Shown here piece after piece: positions 13,715 to 28,300 of a DNA stretch of 64,000 nucleotides. Position numbers and translations under genes: made by a program. The notes below the pieces were generated by a model. That model was not told the DNA's origin, did no database searches, and was given only the letters and a program-made list of their open reading frames with translations. The DNA is from Eledone cirrhosa (taxonomy: Eukaryota), in assembly GCA_964016885.1 (NCBI GenBank), contig OZ024740.1, forward strand, positions 369,644,001 to 369,708,000. The letters are read 5' to 3'. Numbering within the stretch: the first letter of the stretch is position 1; every line of letters starts with the position of its first letter.

Positions 13715-14311
13715 TTTGCAACGGGTCACTTTGTGGCTCAATGAAAAGTTAATAAATTAAATAATCAGAGCTATATATCATAAAACATATCTATAGAATC
13801 ACCAGATAAAATAAATACCATTTTCTCTTCCAATTAGCATAATTAACCATATACAAAATCGAATAGACCAGGCTATAAGAATAAGGCTTCTATAAAGAAA
13901 TCTCCAACAAATAACCGAAACCCGCCCTTCGCGCCGGCTGTGACGGAATATTTATCGAATATTTCGACAGCGTAATCGCCCAGATATACAGTTAATTAAA
14001 CAGAATTAGGTGTAAAATAAACTAGGAGAAAAGAGAATAAATGTATTCTCTTTTCTCCTAGTTTATTTTACACCTAATTCTGTTTAATTGACTGTATATC
14101 TGGGCGATTACCTTGTCGAAATATTCGATAAATATTCCGTCGCAGCCGGCGCGGAGGGCGGGTTTCGGGTTATTTGTTGGAGATTTCTTTATAGAAGCCT
14201 TATTCTTATAGCCTGGTCTATTCGATTTTGTATATGGTTAATTATGCTAATTGGGAGAGAAAATGGTATGTATTTTATCTGGTAATTCTATAGATATGTT
14301 TTATGATATAT
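13715..14311. repeat. ~270-bp-arm fold-back repeat between (TA)n tracts, single-arm homolog at ~51440-51770
   Basis: 13773-14039 is the inverse of 14044-14311. Confidence 0.9.
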
Positions 14312-14452
14312 ATATATATATATATATATTTTAAAATAACAGATTAAAGTTTAAGCAAAGAATTGCTGCTTTCACCCTTAACGGGATCTTCTGAAAGTTA
14401 TCGAGCCCTCTTTGGATTTTAGTCTTCAAATTTATTATTATTACTATATATA

Positions 14453-14486
<34 letters not shown>

Positions 14487-16651
14487 CATTTATATGTGTG
14501 TGTGTGTCTGTGTGTGTGTGTGTGTGTGTATGGTCTCGTAACTCCTGATATATTCGTAGGGGCGCTGTATTTTCATACACCGTTTCTTGGGTCTTTAAGC
14601 CTGGCGGAGCCCATCCCTCTCCAGGCCTGAGTACAGCTGATTTCTTCCAGAGAAAGAGAGAGACATGAAATGAGAGAGATATATAGAGGAAGATTCTCCC
14701 CAAGTACTAGACTGATACTTTTTTATTGACATCGAAATGAATAAATGCAAAGTTGACCTCAGCGGGATATGTATATATATACATACACGAATCATAGAAC
14801 GTTGTTAATCTACTCTTTCTAACACCTCCTTCCTTAGTCACCACGTAGGTGTATGTGTATGTAATAATTATTTTTCTAAGTGAATCTGTTTATATATATG
14901 TATGCGTAAATTTGTGTTTTTGTAATTATATTGTCTACATATATTCCTACATAAACACACAAACATATACAGTCACACACATATGATATACAAATATAAT
15001 TTATATTTTATATATGAATTTATATACAAATTAATATAATCTATTATATTACTGTGCATGTGCAACGAGTGTGTGGTTGCAAAAGACAAAATTCCTCTTG
15101 TTATTTGGTTGAGACATTCATTGTTTAAAAATATCACTTCTTTGTGTTTCAATATGTACGCAATAATTCTGTAATCAATTTATTTTTTAGGAGTAGTTCA
15201 TAAACGTTAATGGTGCTGTCTATACTAATACGCGCTTTGCCAATGAATGAAAGGAATTATGTGCCTAAAATCAATTAAATTGCATCTCTCGGTGTAACTC
15301 TCGGCCCCGCCAAACATTCAACTTTTCAAATTTGGTAAAACTCCTCGCCGCAACAACAACACATGGGGTTGGCTCTGTATAGTATATTGTGTCTTAATCA
15401 TTGAACCCAGTGATAAAGCGGTAGTGGAGCACTCGGGGTAGTGGGGCACTCGCATCTCTAGACAATTGTAGTATTTTTCTAGCTTTGGAATCCACTCTTC
15501 TATCACCTACATTCTGACCCCAACACTATTTATGACAGCTCGTGAAAACTACCATCCCTAGCATATATCTTCATTTCTTGTACTCTCTACAGATATGTAT
15601 TTCATGCACGCCTTGCAACTCCACCATTTACCAACGTTGCTTGCTCCATCGTCGCCGCTTGCATTTGCACTTCCCATTTTATTTCAAAATATTTCAACAC
15701 GATTATTTCACAATTCGTCACTGACCTCTAGTCCCACATTTATGATACTAACTCCGCCATATATCACTTCGGTTACTTCTTCTCCTCGCCCTTCTTGCCT
15801 TCTCACACCATATACATGACTAGTATGTATAATTATACACCTCATGTATATTTCTGTGCACTTCACCGCTTTCTTGATTCGCGTTTTACAATCCTGCCTG
15901 ACATTTCCAATTCACTGCTGAACTAATTCATGCAACTGATTATAGATTTCTGGAATGTGTTACACTCAGGTCACTGGGGCAGCCATGGAAAATAGAATGG
16001 GTTCAAAACAAGTTTATTTGTTCGTTGTCTATATTGAGCTCAAAATCTACTCACAATACACTGGGCACAATCTACAGTCATACTGTTGCTATATTGAAGA
16101 ATGTATCAGGGCCACCGATCTGCCTGTCTCTATTTCTCTCTCTCTCACCTTCCGATGAATACTCTTACCTAACCCCGCGCCTATTGCTCCCGTTACCATA
16201 CCTCCTGATTGCTCACCATATTCACCATCATCAACTTCACCAACCAGCATCCAGTGAACATCCACAGCAATGTCTATACCCTTTGTTGTTCACTTTGCAG
16301 ATCCATTTAAATTGGCCAACCGACCGCTGCCTGGGGGGAAATACTACATTACACCCATCCCTCATAACTTCCCTTTTCCCAATATTTCCACAGAATACAT
16401 TTCTGTTACCGGCCTCTTCTCAACCATACAATCGCCACCCATTAATGTATTTGCTGACTAGAATTACGTCATCGGAAAATAGAATGAGGGAGATAAGAGA
16501 AGATCTTTACGAGAGAAAAGGCGAAGAAGGATGTTAGATGTGGGTTAGAAAATGAAGAAAAAGAAATCGAAAGTAGATAGGAAAGAAGGCACGTGTTATT
16601 TTTATATTTTTAGTCAGCCATCGTGAACGGTGAAAATGTCAGAACGAATCA

Positions 16652-16682
<31 letters not shown>

Positions 16683-16797
16683 TGTATGTATGTATGTATG
16701 TATGCATGCATGTATGTATGTATGTATGTATGTATTTATGTATGCATGTAGGTATGTCCATGTATGTCTGTGTGTCTGTATGTGTGTGTGTGCGTGT

Positions 16798-16833
<36 letters not shown>

Positions 16834-17999
16834 GTGTGTGTAATCATGTGAGTGCAAACATTTACATATATTTTAAAAGTACTCATATATTCATATTTGT
16901 ATGAATCTGGGTTTAGCTTTTTTGTGTTTATATAAGATAGATATTCAAACGAGCGTTCAATTTCCACCACTCTATCATATTTTGCGCATATATCCTACAC
17001 TAGCGTTATACTGACTTTCATACAACTGGAAATAAACTCGATAAAATTTGAATTTTTTCTACATTTTTCCAATACGTCTGTGGTTTAATAAATTGAGAAG
17101 AAACGAGGAAGTAAAATGTAAATATATAGGGAAATCATCCTTTATTGTGATGCCGGTGTTGTCTTCACAAATGATATGCCGAACAGTCCGCACTGCAAAT
17201 TGCTCGGTTTAGTAGCATTTTGAGAAATCATTGTTGCAATTGTTGGTTCACAGGAAGAGCAGTATTAGTTTTAAATTGTCAAATTATTTGGTTTGCTCTA
17301 TGGAAAAATAACGAGTAAAAACAAAGCAATTACTAATTTTATTTCAAATGATAGGAGCAGTCGAGTTATTTAGGATAGTCCATTCTGTTTTATTAATGGA
17401 TTTTGATGCTGCGCACTTTAGAATTAAAAATGTAAGGATATCAATTCGCATCGTGGTGTTTTCAGAACCATGTGTTCAACAAAATAATTATATACATAAG
17501 AATAGATAGTTTCTGTTGAATATGACGTAGTATAAACTGTCATGCGAAGTTCATTTCGAGCGTTCAGCAACGATTTTATGGATTAATCAAAAGAATAGTG
17601 CATATACCATACATGAGTAAAATTAAACGTCGGATTATTAATGGAAATCCTAACTGAAATCATTTATATTTGTGTACTGTACCAATATCAGGCATTGTAG
17701 TTGTTCATCAATGTCTTATTTTGGAAGAAATGTGTGTGCACATGGCATTTGCTGGATATCCATGTCATATGTAATAGAGTCATAATGCTCAACATGAAGA
17801 TTTGCAAGACGACGACTGCAAGGTCAGAATGAAAGACTGATGTAGTGGTTTGTGTGATATCTGGTAGGGGGTTAATATTTTCCAAATAGACAATGATAAA
17901 CGTGAGATCAAAATAAACTTCGTACGCTTCTATCTCATTATGGGACAGCATAGGTAGTTTGGGGTTTCTAAAACTCCGTCTCAGGTTATAGGAAAGAAA

Positions 18000-18330
18000 A
18001 CCTTTAAAAAAACCGTTTCAATTTATTTCAATCATGTTTTTCTAATCTTAGGCATCGGACAGTAGTCCGGGCCAACCAGCAAATCCTAAAACTCTGAGGA
18101 AATACGCGGAGTGTCCAGAGGAGCGGAAATGTCGGTCTATAGGAGACAGGTTGCCGAATAGGAAGTCCGGCAGCTGCACGGCGAACTTGTCCGTTAGTCA
18201 ACGACCGATTTGTCCAATGTATACAGCTTCGCATAGCATGCAACGGAGCCTGTAAGTAGGTGCATGCGTTGAAATCGCTCTTCTATTTCGCTGGTTCAAT
18301 ATCTATGAGTAGATGGGGATACGAGGACCA
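18000..18330 (-). pseudogene. PLE GIY-YIG endonuclease remnant (Neptune-like)
   Basis: Minus strand translates LRCMLCEAVYIGQIGR*LTDKF...PIDRHFRSSGHS. Confidence 0.7.
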
Positions 18331-19373
18331 AGAATGATAGAACTTTTCACCAAAACAGGTTTAACGATAATACGATAGGGATGCGGCCTATATTTCAATG
18401 CTGTTGAGGATGTCACATACTTCCCAGCTTGAAATTGACATTGTGAGTAAACATAAAATTAATTTCCAACAACCACCTGCACTGACAATAAACACTTTAA
18501 GAATCATTAAAGTGCCTGATATAATTCCTTTCAGATTTCATGCAAGGCCGTTCCAACATCTTCATAAATGATCAAAACTATATAAAAAATATGAAAAATA
18601 ACAGAGAAAATCGTAGGTGATGTTAAAATATCACATGTAATTCTTTTCATTAAGTGCCTACACATTTCTGAATATTCAGTTGCTAATTACATTATGTCAA
18701 CATCCTAGTTGTATTCGATATATATATATATATATATACACGCACACACGCACACATATATATATGTATGTATATGCATCCACGCATACATACATACATA
18801 CATACATACATACATACATACATACATACATACATACATACATACATACATACATACAGGTGTGTTAGCGTCTTTCTTGTGTACGTGTAAATCGTACTGA
18901 AATAAAATAAATTGCATAGAAAAATTATTTCTTAATTCCATTAAGTATTATATTTTGAATAGTTTTGGGCAATTACTATCAAGTGCTATCTTTTATGTTT
19001 CTGGTTACTTTTTATTACTTTCCCTTTTAAATTATATTCCAATTTAAATATTATTTACATCTGATTGTGTTAAATATTATATATCACCTGTTTAATATAT
19101 GCTTGTCATTTCACTTTTCGTAAAAGATTGATATAATGCATTACGTTTACTCGAATTAATATCTCTGTACTAGCGCTAAAGGCAGTGAAATAAGAGAAAT
19201 ATATGCAAGTTGTCGTTCATACCGCGTTTAATCAATGATATTGAGTGAAAGCGCATTAGTGCTTCATTTGCAGTCCAAAGCAGGTTAACAAATATAAACA
19301 CATACAAAAAAATATAAACACACACAAACTCACACACACATGCGCACACACACACACACATATATACACACAT

Positions 19374-19406
<33 letters not shown>

Positions 19407-19519
19407 GGCATACGCAAACAATCACATACATATTCATCCATATATATGTTCTGCATTTGAGTACGTGCTCGTCTTCAAAAATACGTGCATTTACTCATGT
19501 AAATTCGTAAATTTCTATG

Positions 19520-19583
<64 letters not shown>

Positions 19584-19913
19584 TTATATATAAATATTCA
19601 GGACTCCGGCCGTTTCGACAGCTAGATCCAGACATATGTTACTGATATTTAGAAACATATGTTAAGGATCGAACTCTAAATGAGTTTTTCTCTTCTAACA
19701 TTTACTTCTTGCCTAGACATTTGTTTTTCCTTGTCTATACCTTTATTATTATAATTACTGCGTGATCTTCTCCGTGTTTAATAGGTGTGTTACCGTGTCT
19801 CCTGCAAGGAACACGTCGAGAAAAATACTTTGGTAAACAACTTCCATATTTATTTTTGTTTGCACATTTGATTCACACAAACAAAATTTAACGTGACATT
19901 TCTTCGTATATAC

Positions 19914-20033
<120 letters not shown>

Positions 20034-20706
20034 ACTCTGAGATACATTTGTGTCCTTATTTTTAATGAAACACATTGGGTTTCAGTTAATTAATGAATCA
20101 TGTGGAGAGAATTACTAAAGTATTAATGATTCTATTAATATTCAAGCATGTTACCTCACCGCTCTCATATAATGATATATTTAAAGATCTTATTTTAAAT
20201 GCCAACCTTTTAACAATTTCAGTAAATGAAGAAATCACTACGAAAATTAAATGGATAAACAACACACCAAACCGATACACTGCAATGCAGTTATATATTA
20301 ATTTAAGGCTAGATACAATAAGAAAATGTTATTATCTTTACAATGAGCAATATAAGAAGAACTAATATATCCGAGATAGAATTGGAATTTAGTTTTAGAT
20401 AAAGCACGTGTTAAGTTAGCCTTTTTGTGGAAGTTCTGGTCTGAATACACCTCATATTTTTCAGAGGTTTTGAAAGGGATATAAGCCTCGAGTAGAAATG
20501 CGAGTAAGTTTTTTTGTGACTCTGTGGGTTTGTTGGTTTATGTGTGCAAAGCTTTAAGCATTGCACGTTAGAATGTGAGAAAATTGGCATCGTTACTTGA
20601 ATGCTGAGTGTTCGCGCGCGTAAGCTGAACAACGCAAGGAGTAACAGTTTTACCGTGAAGATCATATATTATAGCAATCCAACGAAGTTAGTGTGTCCAC
20701 ACAAGC

Positions 20707-20759
<53 letters not shown>

Positions 20760-20846
20760 TATATATAGTTGGTCAGTCGCCCTCTTTGTCTCTGTCTCTG
20801 ATTTTTCGGACCCATGGCTTTTTACATACTCCTTTGTTATATTCCA

Positions 20847-20904
20847 ATACCTGATGATATCACCGGATTCATATGGAACCCAGTCATTGAAATGATCATA
20901 GTAT
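20847..20904 (+). ncRNA. Type I hammerhead ribozyme, intact core
   Basis: atac CTGATGA tatcaccggattc-atatg-gaacccagtcatt GAAA tgatca TA gtat. Palindromic stem III, imperfect stem II. Confidence 0.75.
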
Positions 20905-21236
20905 AATAAATCTTTCAAGGATTTACACCAGTCCAGCCTCCTGTTATTTTATTTTATTTATAATTAACTCCGTATTCGCACCACCAACTACACAAACGAA
21001 GATGGATGAACTGCACTAGGTTGAGTACTCTCCACAATATTACACCAAGATTGACCATACGGAATGACCAATTCTATCCAGTGGTGAACCAACAAACCTA
21101 AAGAAATAATGCTCCAATAATGTTGAGCACTTCAAAATGTAATATTGAACAGCGGCACTGTTTTTACCAGCATTTGTTTTTACAACAAATTTTAACCAAT
21201 CCTCTTGACAACTACAATCTTCCCATATAAGGAAGT

Positions 21237-21333
21237 ACCCCCTTGAAAAGTTCGGCTATTTATTCACCAGGCTAAACATTCTAATTTAGTTTAGAAATAG
21301 CCGTCGAAACAGCTTGTGCTCTGCCGTCGGGGT
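21237..21333 (+). ncRNA. Degenerate hammerhead (family of 3396-3491)
   Basis: acccc cTTGAAAA gttcggctattt...aaatagccgtc GAAA cagc..gccg TC ggggt. Confidence 0.55.
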
Positions 21334-21399
21334 CATACCTTTTCCTATATATATAGGTTCTATTCTGTGGTGACAGTCAAGTTTGCAATTTTCAACGGT

Positions 21400-23090
21400 A
21401 ATGAGATGGGTAAATGTTGTGCCTTATATACAGTGAAAAACGGCTACAGAATGCTAAGTTTTGCAACTGTATTTCGACCAATCAGTGTGTAGTTTCACTG
21501 GATTACTAAAGCTGATTGGTTGAGGCGTCACGGTTGGTTGAGCATGTCTAACGACTTCTATTTGGCCCTATCCAAGGCATCAATTGTTTTGCTATTTTTA
21601 GAAATGATGAAAATAGAATTTTCTAGGGTTTTTATAAAAAATCTTCAGTAATCATCACCATCAACATCACTTTTATTATTATTATTATTGTTGTTGTTGT
21701 TGTTAGTAGTGGTAGTCGACATGGTCGTAGGCGTAGTCATAGTAGGAGCAATACCCCTAAGCATTATTATTGTTCATTCAGCTTGGATTGGAATTTATCA
21801 AAATATTTTTTTCTTTAATTTTTCTCTTGATTTTACTTGGGCTGTGTAATTTGTAGAATGGAAATATTATAAATATTTTCTAACCACATGTTGCTAGATG
21901 GTAACTCAGGGGTATCTGACGGACATTTGGGTCTCTGATTTTCTGTCGGTGCACCCATGCACGTTCCGATAGTGCATTTCCAGTTTGACCGACATATAGA
22001 TCGGTGTGTGATTAAACCTTTAATTCATTACTTTGAGAAATGATCCGTAGGTTTGCTTTGGCAGTTTTGAGGGATATTCTGGTGACATGGGTTGTGTGTC
22101 ATTATAAATGGTATGACCAGTTCTTGGTTTCTTCTTCCTTGGGTTGTCCTAAGTTGTTGTATAGGTATTTTTTTTATAGTCCGCTGTATGCCATTTTCTA
22201 TAAGTAGAGATGGGTATTTTTGTTTGAGGAAAAATTCTCTTAGTTTTGTTAGGCGTTTGTTCCTGCTATTCGTATCTTCCACAATGGTACAAACTATTCT
22301 GGCTAGGCAGTATGGGATGTTGCGTTTTGTATGAAGTGGATGGTACGACTTAAGATTCAGATATTGATGGGTGCCTGTGTGTTTATAATATATATCAGTG
22401 GTAATGGTGGTGTCGTTTTTGATTACCATTATATCTAGGACTGGTAATTTGGTACTACTCATCTCTTTTGTGAATTGGAGAGATGGGTGTAGGTTATTCA
22501 AGAGGATATTGAACTCATCCAGAGTATCTAGAGATTCTGTCCAGATGATGAAACAGTCGTCAAGGTATCTCTTCCAAGACTTTTCAATGTACTTTCTAAA
22601 GTCAGTGCTATAATTTTCTTCTATTTCTTGGTAGAGTTGTTGTTCTAAGTATCTCATTACAGAGTTCGCATAAACGGGAGCAAACTTCGTTCTCATAGCT
22701 GTGCCTCTAGTTTGGATGTAATTCTTTCCATTGAAGAAGAACGTGTTGTTTTCCAGAATAAGTTTGACAGCGTCTAATATAAATGGCGCTGTGAATCTGG
22801 TGGGAATCACTTCTCCATGTTTTTCTACCCAGTATTTAACCGCCTTTATTCCTAAATCATGTGTAATGTACCAACAAAGGCTTACCACATCAAAACTAAA
22901 TAGAAGTGAATTCGTTTCCGTGGTTTTGGGAAGATGGGACAGGACGTCGATATCATCCCGGATGGAACTGGGTATGTGATTATATAGTGGTTTCAAAATA
23001 ATGTCAACAAAATTGCTTAGACGGTGGGTAGGGCATGTTGGACAAGCTATAATAGGTCTAAGTTATAAGTCTTTTGGGTGTAGTAATTTA
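21400..23090 (-). mobile_element. Penelope-like element (RT plus partial GIY-YIG), degraded
   Basis: ORF 22028-22996 has FDVVSL, RGTAM..KFAP.YAN, RYLDD and LDIMV..DIYYK. Upstream LRPIIACPTCPTHRLS. Downstream DLYVGQTGNALSER..VHRQKIRDP. A core-deleted hammerhead lies at 21421-21526. Confidence 0.88.
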
Positions 23091-23430
23091 CTGTACTCAC
23101 TGTTTTCTTCTTTTACTGTCATATATATATATAACGCAGCAAAACGATACAGTACTATTAAGTTTAACGTTTGATATTGTAGGAAAGGAATATTAACGAT
23201 GTGGACTTTAATCCATCATCAGAATATAGAACGGGGTATTCAAGAAGATATAGAAAGATAAATAAGTCGGTGTAGGGGAAGAAACGAAAACAATTTTGGA
23301 GTGGAAACATATATGTGTTCAATTAGCCAATTTTGGCATTTGCAAGTCTGAATGTATCTTAGATATTAGAATGGTTCTGAAAGAAATACAATTATTGCGT
23401 ACTTTGGGTGGACATCTATGTGTAAGTGTA

Positions 23431-23848
23431 TGTAGTAACTATGGCGACAGTGTTGACTATAGCAACGCAGTGTCGCCACCTGTGGGTAACAAAAAAAAAT
23501 TACTTCCCTTATCTCGGCGTCCTCTAAAAGAAGAGACGCCAATGTAAAACTCAAGAGATTTGGTTTTCAATTCCAGTTGCCTTTGTCCTGCCACGTGGAC
23601 GTACTTTGTAAAAACGCCTGTTTTTGATCAAGAGATTTTCATATCTCTTCTTGAATGTAAGAATTAAGCCATTGCCGTTTAGCTTGTAGGGTATGTCCTA
23701 TGAATGTAATTATTATGTTGTTTTTTATTAAATGAATCATTTAATAAAAGATTAGCCTTGTTATCGTTAAAGCCCTTCTGTTTTAATTAATAATCTTAGA
23801 GAGATGAGATGTCGTTCACACACCTGGACGATATATCATTTTTGTAAA
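23431..23848 (+). repeat. 5' LTR
   Basis: tgtagtaactatggcgacag...tttgtaaa, direct repeat of 28927-29353. Confidence 0.93.
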
Positions 23849-23849
23849 T

Positions 23850-23862
23850 TGGTGATCCCGAC
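23850..23862 (+). promoter_or_regulatory. Primer-binding site, tRNA-Trp-like
   Basis: tggtgatcccgac immediately after the LTR, one mismatch to TGGTGACCCCGAC (complement of the eukaryotic tRNA-Trp 3' end). Confidence 0.75.
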
Positions 23863-24520
23863 TGAGAACAACTTTTAAAATTCTTCTATGTTTAATATTC
23901 TTCTGTATTGCTGAATTGTATCTCCTTCTGACCTGACTTGCAAGCATAGTTAGATAAAAACAAAAAAAAATTATCACAACTAATCCAGCGTTTTATCAAC
24001 AATGATATTTATTTTATGTACAAAGTGTGCGACGCTGCACATATATATATGGAATTCAGGCCCGTTGTTGTTTGGTATCTTGTCTTGGAGTGAACAATAT
24101 TTTTCCTTTTACATCAACTTCTCTCTTTAAATAGAGAAAAAAAAAAAAAAGGATTTCTCTGGATATAAAATTTTGCTTTCAACCTTCTGTTAAAATAATA
24201 AAATGGAGACTCAAAAATTTTGTTTTCCCGCGTACAGCTTGTCTTCTTCAATCCCAGCCATCTGATTGGCTGCATCGTGTCACATGACGGCTTCTTCATC
24301 ACAAATACATTTTTCATTCAGCCATCTTGGGATTTTCTTACCAAATAATTTTCATGGAAAATAATTTTTTTTTATTATGCAAATTTTATTTTGGCCGGCG
24401 AGAATTTTCAAAAAGAATTTCAGTTGAATTCGCGTGAATAAGATTTTGGATTCCAGTGTCATTTTTTGGTCGCATAGCTGCTTCGAAGAAATGATTTGGC
24501 CTTAAAAATTCATCAAATCT

Positions 24521-25396
24521 TTGGGCATCATGAATAAACATCATTTGCCGTCCTTCGCAGGCGACATCAAGTTATGGATTTTGCAACTTGAATGCTATTT
24601 TGATTTAACCAAAACCAAAGAACAGCATAAACTGAAGGTACTAGTTAGTGGCTTGCCTGTGTCGTTGGCATATTCCGTGAAGGATGTGGTAACCAATTTA
24701 GCCGCAGACGTTGCTTATGGCTCGTTGAAAGGGGAAATTATTCGGAGGAATACCAAGTCAGCGGAAAGTCGTTTTCGGGAATTGTTAGATGATGCGCAAA
24801 TGGGTGACAGGACGCCAAGCTCCTATTTGCGACATCTGCGTGAATTGAGCGACTCCCAGGGGATGGACACGCCATTCCTCAAACAACTATTTTTCTCTCG
24901 TTTACCGCCAAGTGCGCAGATGGTCTTGGTCAATCATTTGGAGAGGGGATCGTTAGATCAACTTGCCGCATCCGCGGATAGAATACTAGAGGTGGACTCT
25001 AACAGCAGTCGGCATAATCCTTGTGTGGCTTCTTCTGTTCGCCCACGCAATTCTTCTGTGGCCGACAGCAAACTGTTGGAGATGATCGAAGCGCTCACCC
25101 AAAAAGTGGAGGATTTGACCGTACAACACAGAGAGCCTTCTCAACGTTTGAGGTACCGTTCGCCTCCGTCTGCTATTCCTCTAAACCGCTACGAGTACCG
25201 TTCGCCTCCGTCTGCTATTCCTAGAAACCGCTACGAGTACCATTCGCCGCCGTCTTCTATTCATCGCCAGCACTACAACGTAGACAACAATAATTCTTCG
25301 TTTTGTTGGTATCATGCTAACTTCGGCAGTAGGGCACAACGTTGTCGCACGCCCTGTAATTACAAGAGATCGGAAAACGCAAAGCAGAGCCACTAG
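24521..25396 (+). CDS. gag: Gypsy Gag-like protein (first ATG at 24529)
   Basis: Open ORF with LWILQLE, MGDRTPS..LR.LREL and C-terminal CWYH..FG..A..C..PC. Confidence 0.85.
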   Translation: MGIMNKHHLPSFAGDIKLWILQLECYFDLTKTKEQHKLKVLVSGLPVSLAYSVKDVVTNLAADVAYGSLKGEIIRRNTKSAESRFRELLDDAQMGDRTPSSYLRHLRELSDSQGMDTPFLKQLFFSRLPPSAQMVLVNHLERGSLDQLAASADRILEVDSNSSRHNPCVASSVRPRNSSVADSKLLEMIEALTQKVEDLTVQHREPSQRLRYRSPPSAIPLNRYEYRSPPSAIPRNRYEYHSPPSSIHRQHYNVDNNNSSFCWYHANFGSRAQRCRTPCNYKRSENAKQSH

Positions 25397-28300
25397 GGGC
25401 GGCTAGTGAAATCTGGGAAAATCGACCGAACCGCCATCTTTTCGTATACGACCTGCGGTCGAAAAACATTTTCCTTGTCGATACTGGCGCGTCGCTGAGT
25501 ATTTGGCCAGTCGGTTATCTCAAAAAACCTCCATCTGAATCAAATATAAATTTACGAGCAGTCAACCACACGGCCATTCGAACGTAGGGGCAAATTTCGC
25601 TTCCTCTTCGATTAAAACATTTGCGTCGTGAATTGAAGTGGAAGTTTACTATCGCCGACTTGCCATACGCCATTTTGGGAGCGGATTTTCTCCACCATTT
25701 TTCCTTGTCGATTGACATCGGCAGACAACGACTTTTTTATGCTAATACGGGCCTATCGTTCGAGGGTATAAAGCCGGAGATCGCCACAGTAAGCCCTGTT
25801 TTTTCTTGGCTGAAGTGGGCAACCAGTATCACAGTTTGTTAAAATCATTCCCACAGCTGACGCAAGGAAGATTACGAATTGATAGTCCGGATCATGTGAT
25901 TGAACACTTTATATCCACTACAGGTCCGCCTGTTTTCTCACGTCCTCGAAGATTATCTGCAGAGAAGTTGAAAGCTGCACGGTCTGAATTCGACAACATG
26001 CTGGAATTAGGAATAATTCGGCGTTCCACAAGTCCTTGGGCATCGCCTCTACATATGGTACTTAAATCTTCTGGTGATTGGAGACCGACGGGTGACTACC
26101 GACGCTTAAACGGGATTACTGTGCCTGACCGTTATCCAATCCCGCATTTGCAGGATTTCGCTTCTTCATTACAAGGTTGCACAATTTTTTCTAAGCTCGA
26201 TTTTATTCGTGCTTATAATCAGATTCCGGTTAAAAAGGAGGATATTCCGAAGACTGCTATTGCCACTCCTTTTGGATCTTTCGAGTTCCTTACTCTGCCT
26301 TTCGGGCTAAGAAATGCGGCTAATACCTTCCAACGATTTATGGATGATGTTACTCGGGGCCTGGATTTTGCGTACACGTATATCGATGATGTGTTGATTG
26401 CTAGTTCTTCTCCTGAGCAGCATTCAAAGCATCTGGATCTCGTATTTCGTCGTTTACAGAGATATAATGTTCGTATTAATGCTTCCAAGTGTGTTTTCGG
26501 CTCGACTTCACTAACATTTTTAGGCCATCTGATTGACGCCGATGGGATTCTACCTCTTCCTGAGAAGGTTAAGGCAGTATCGGATTTGCCTCCGCCAAGT
26601 TCACTGCGACAATTACGTCAATTCTTAGGCCTTGTAAATTTTTATAGGCGATTCGTACCTAATTGTTCCAACTTGCTGTTCTCGTTGACAGACATTTTTA
26701 AAAATTGCCGGCGTAAGAATATGGACATTTCCTTAAATAAAACGCAGCTTGAGGATTTTTAAAAAGTGAAAAAGGCGTTAGCGAGCGCGTCTTTGCTCGC
26801 CCACCCAGTACCCAACGCCGAGCTATCGCGCTGTGTTGATGCGTCGGATACCGCCGTGGGCGCAGTCTTGCAACAGAAGTGCGATGGTTTACAACAACCA
26901 CTGGAATATTTTTCGAGAAAGCTAAAGCCTGCCGAAAATCGTTATAGTACTTTCGGGCGTGAGCTTTTAGCAATTTATTTATATGTGAAATATTTCTCCC
27001 ATGTTCTGGACGGGAGAGCGTTCAGTATTTTCACAGATCACAAACCGTTGATTTTCGCTTTAAGATCAAAATCTGACAAATATTCGCCTAGGGAAACTAG
27101 ACATCTGGATTTTGTTTCCCAATACACCAATGATATTCAACATATTCCGGGTGCTTTGAACACTGCGGCAGACGCCTTGTCTCGCCTCCCGATAGCTTCG
27201 ATCTCGTCGTCTAACGATATAGATTTGCGTCAAATGGCCATTGACCAACCCTCGCTTGAATCATTGGATTGCACATCGCCGGAGTTCATTAACTGCAATA
27301 TGAAATACCTTCCTTTATCAACCGCTGACGGACAGATACTTTGTGATATCTCATTGGACTCACCACGACCTCTCGTCCCAGTTGGTCATCGACGAACTGT
27401 ATTTCTCGCTTTGCATGGCATTTCTCACCCAGGAGCTACAGCCTCGGTAAAACTCATAACAGCCAGATTTTTCTGGCCAGATATGAGACGTGACATTGCC
27501 GTTCCTGTGTCGCTTGCCAAAAGTCAAAAGTTCATAAGCACGTTAAAACTCCTCTCGGAACTTTCACCTGTCCTGATGCCAGATTTCGTCACATTCATGT
27601 GGACATCGTCGGCCCGTGGCCGATTAGTCGTGGTTATTCGTATATTTTGGCGATCGTTGACCGTTTTTCGCGTTGGCCTGAAGCCATCCCTATGACAGAT
27701 ATCACTGCTGAAACGACAGCGCGTACTCTCGTATCTGCATGGATCGCTCGTTTTGGAGTACCAACCACAATAACAACGGACCGCGGTCGTCAATTTGAAT
27801 CGAGCCTCTTCCGTGAATTAACACAAATTATTGGCGCTACTCGCATAAGAACCACGGCATATCATCCAGCATCAAACGGAATGGTGGAAAGATTTCACAG
27901 ACAGCTTAAAGCCTCTTTAACGGCTTCAATGGACTCTTCACGTTGGAGTGAGTACCGGCCGAATTGATTTATGGTAATCCTCTTGCGTTACCGGGACAAA
28001 TGCTTGCTCCTGTTGATCTTGCTTCGCAGGATCCCGCTTCCTACGTGTCCCGGCTTCATTCTTACTTCCAGGAGTTACCACCGATGGACACTAGGAAGCA
28101 AACTGTAAAAACTGCCGTCACAAGGGATATTGCCTTGTGGACACATGTGTTCGTTAGAGACGACGCTGTGAGACCCCCCTCTCACACGGCCGTACTCTGG
28201 ACCCTATCGTATACTTGCTCGTACAGAGAAACATTTCACAGTGGACATTAGAGGGTCCAGGGAAAATATTTCCGTTGATCGCCTCAAACGAGCCAATCTG

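Noticed and set aside
15955-16158. Possible GIY-YIG remnant (VY..QYTG..DLPVS)
   Set aside because: Too degenerate to support by eye.
20688-20918. 76-aa ORF as a host exon
   Set aside because: It is the antisense of a hammerhead-bearing repeat and runs into (TA)n.
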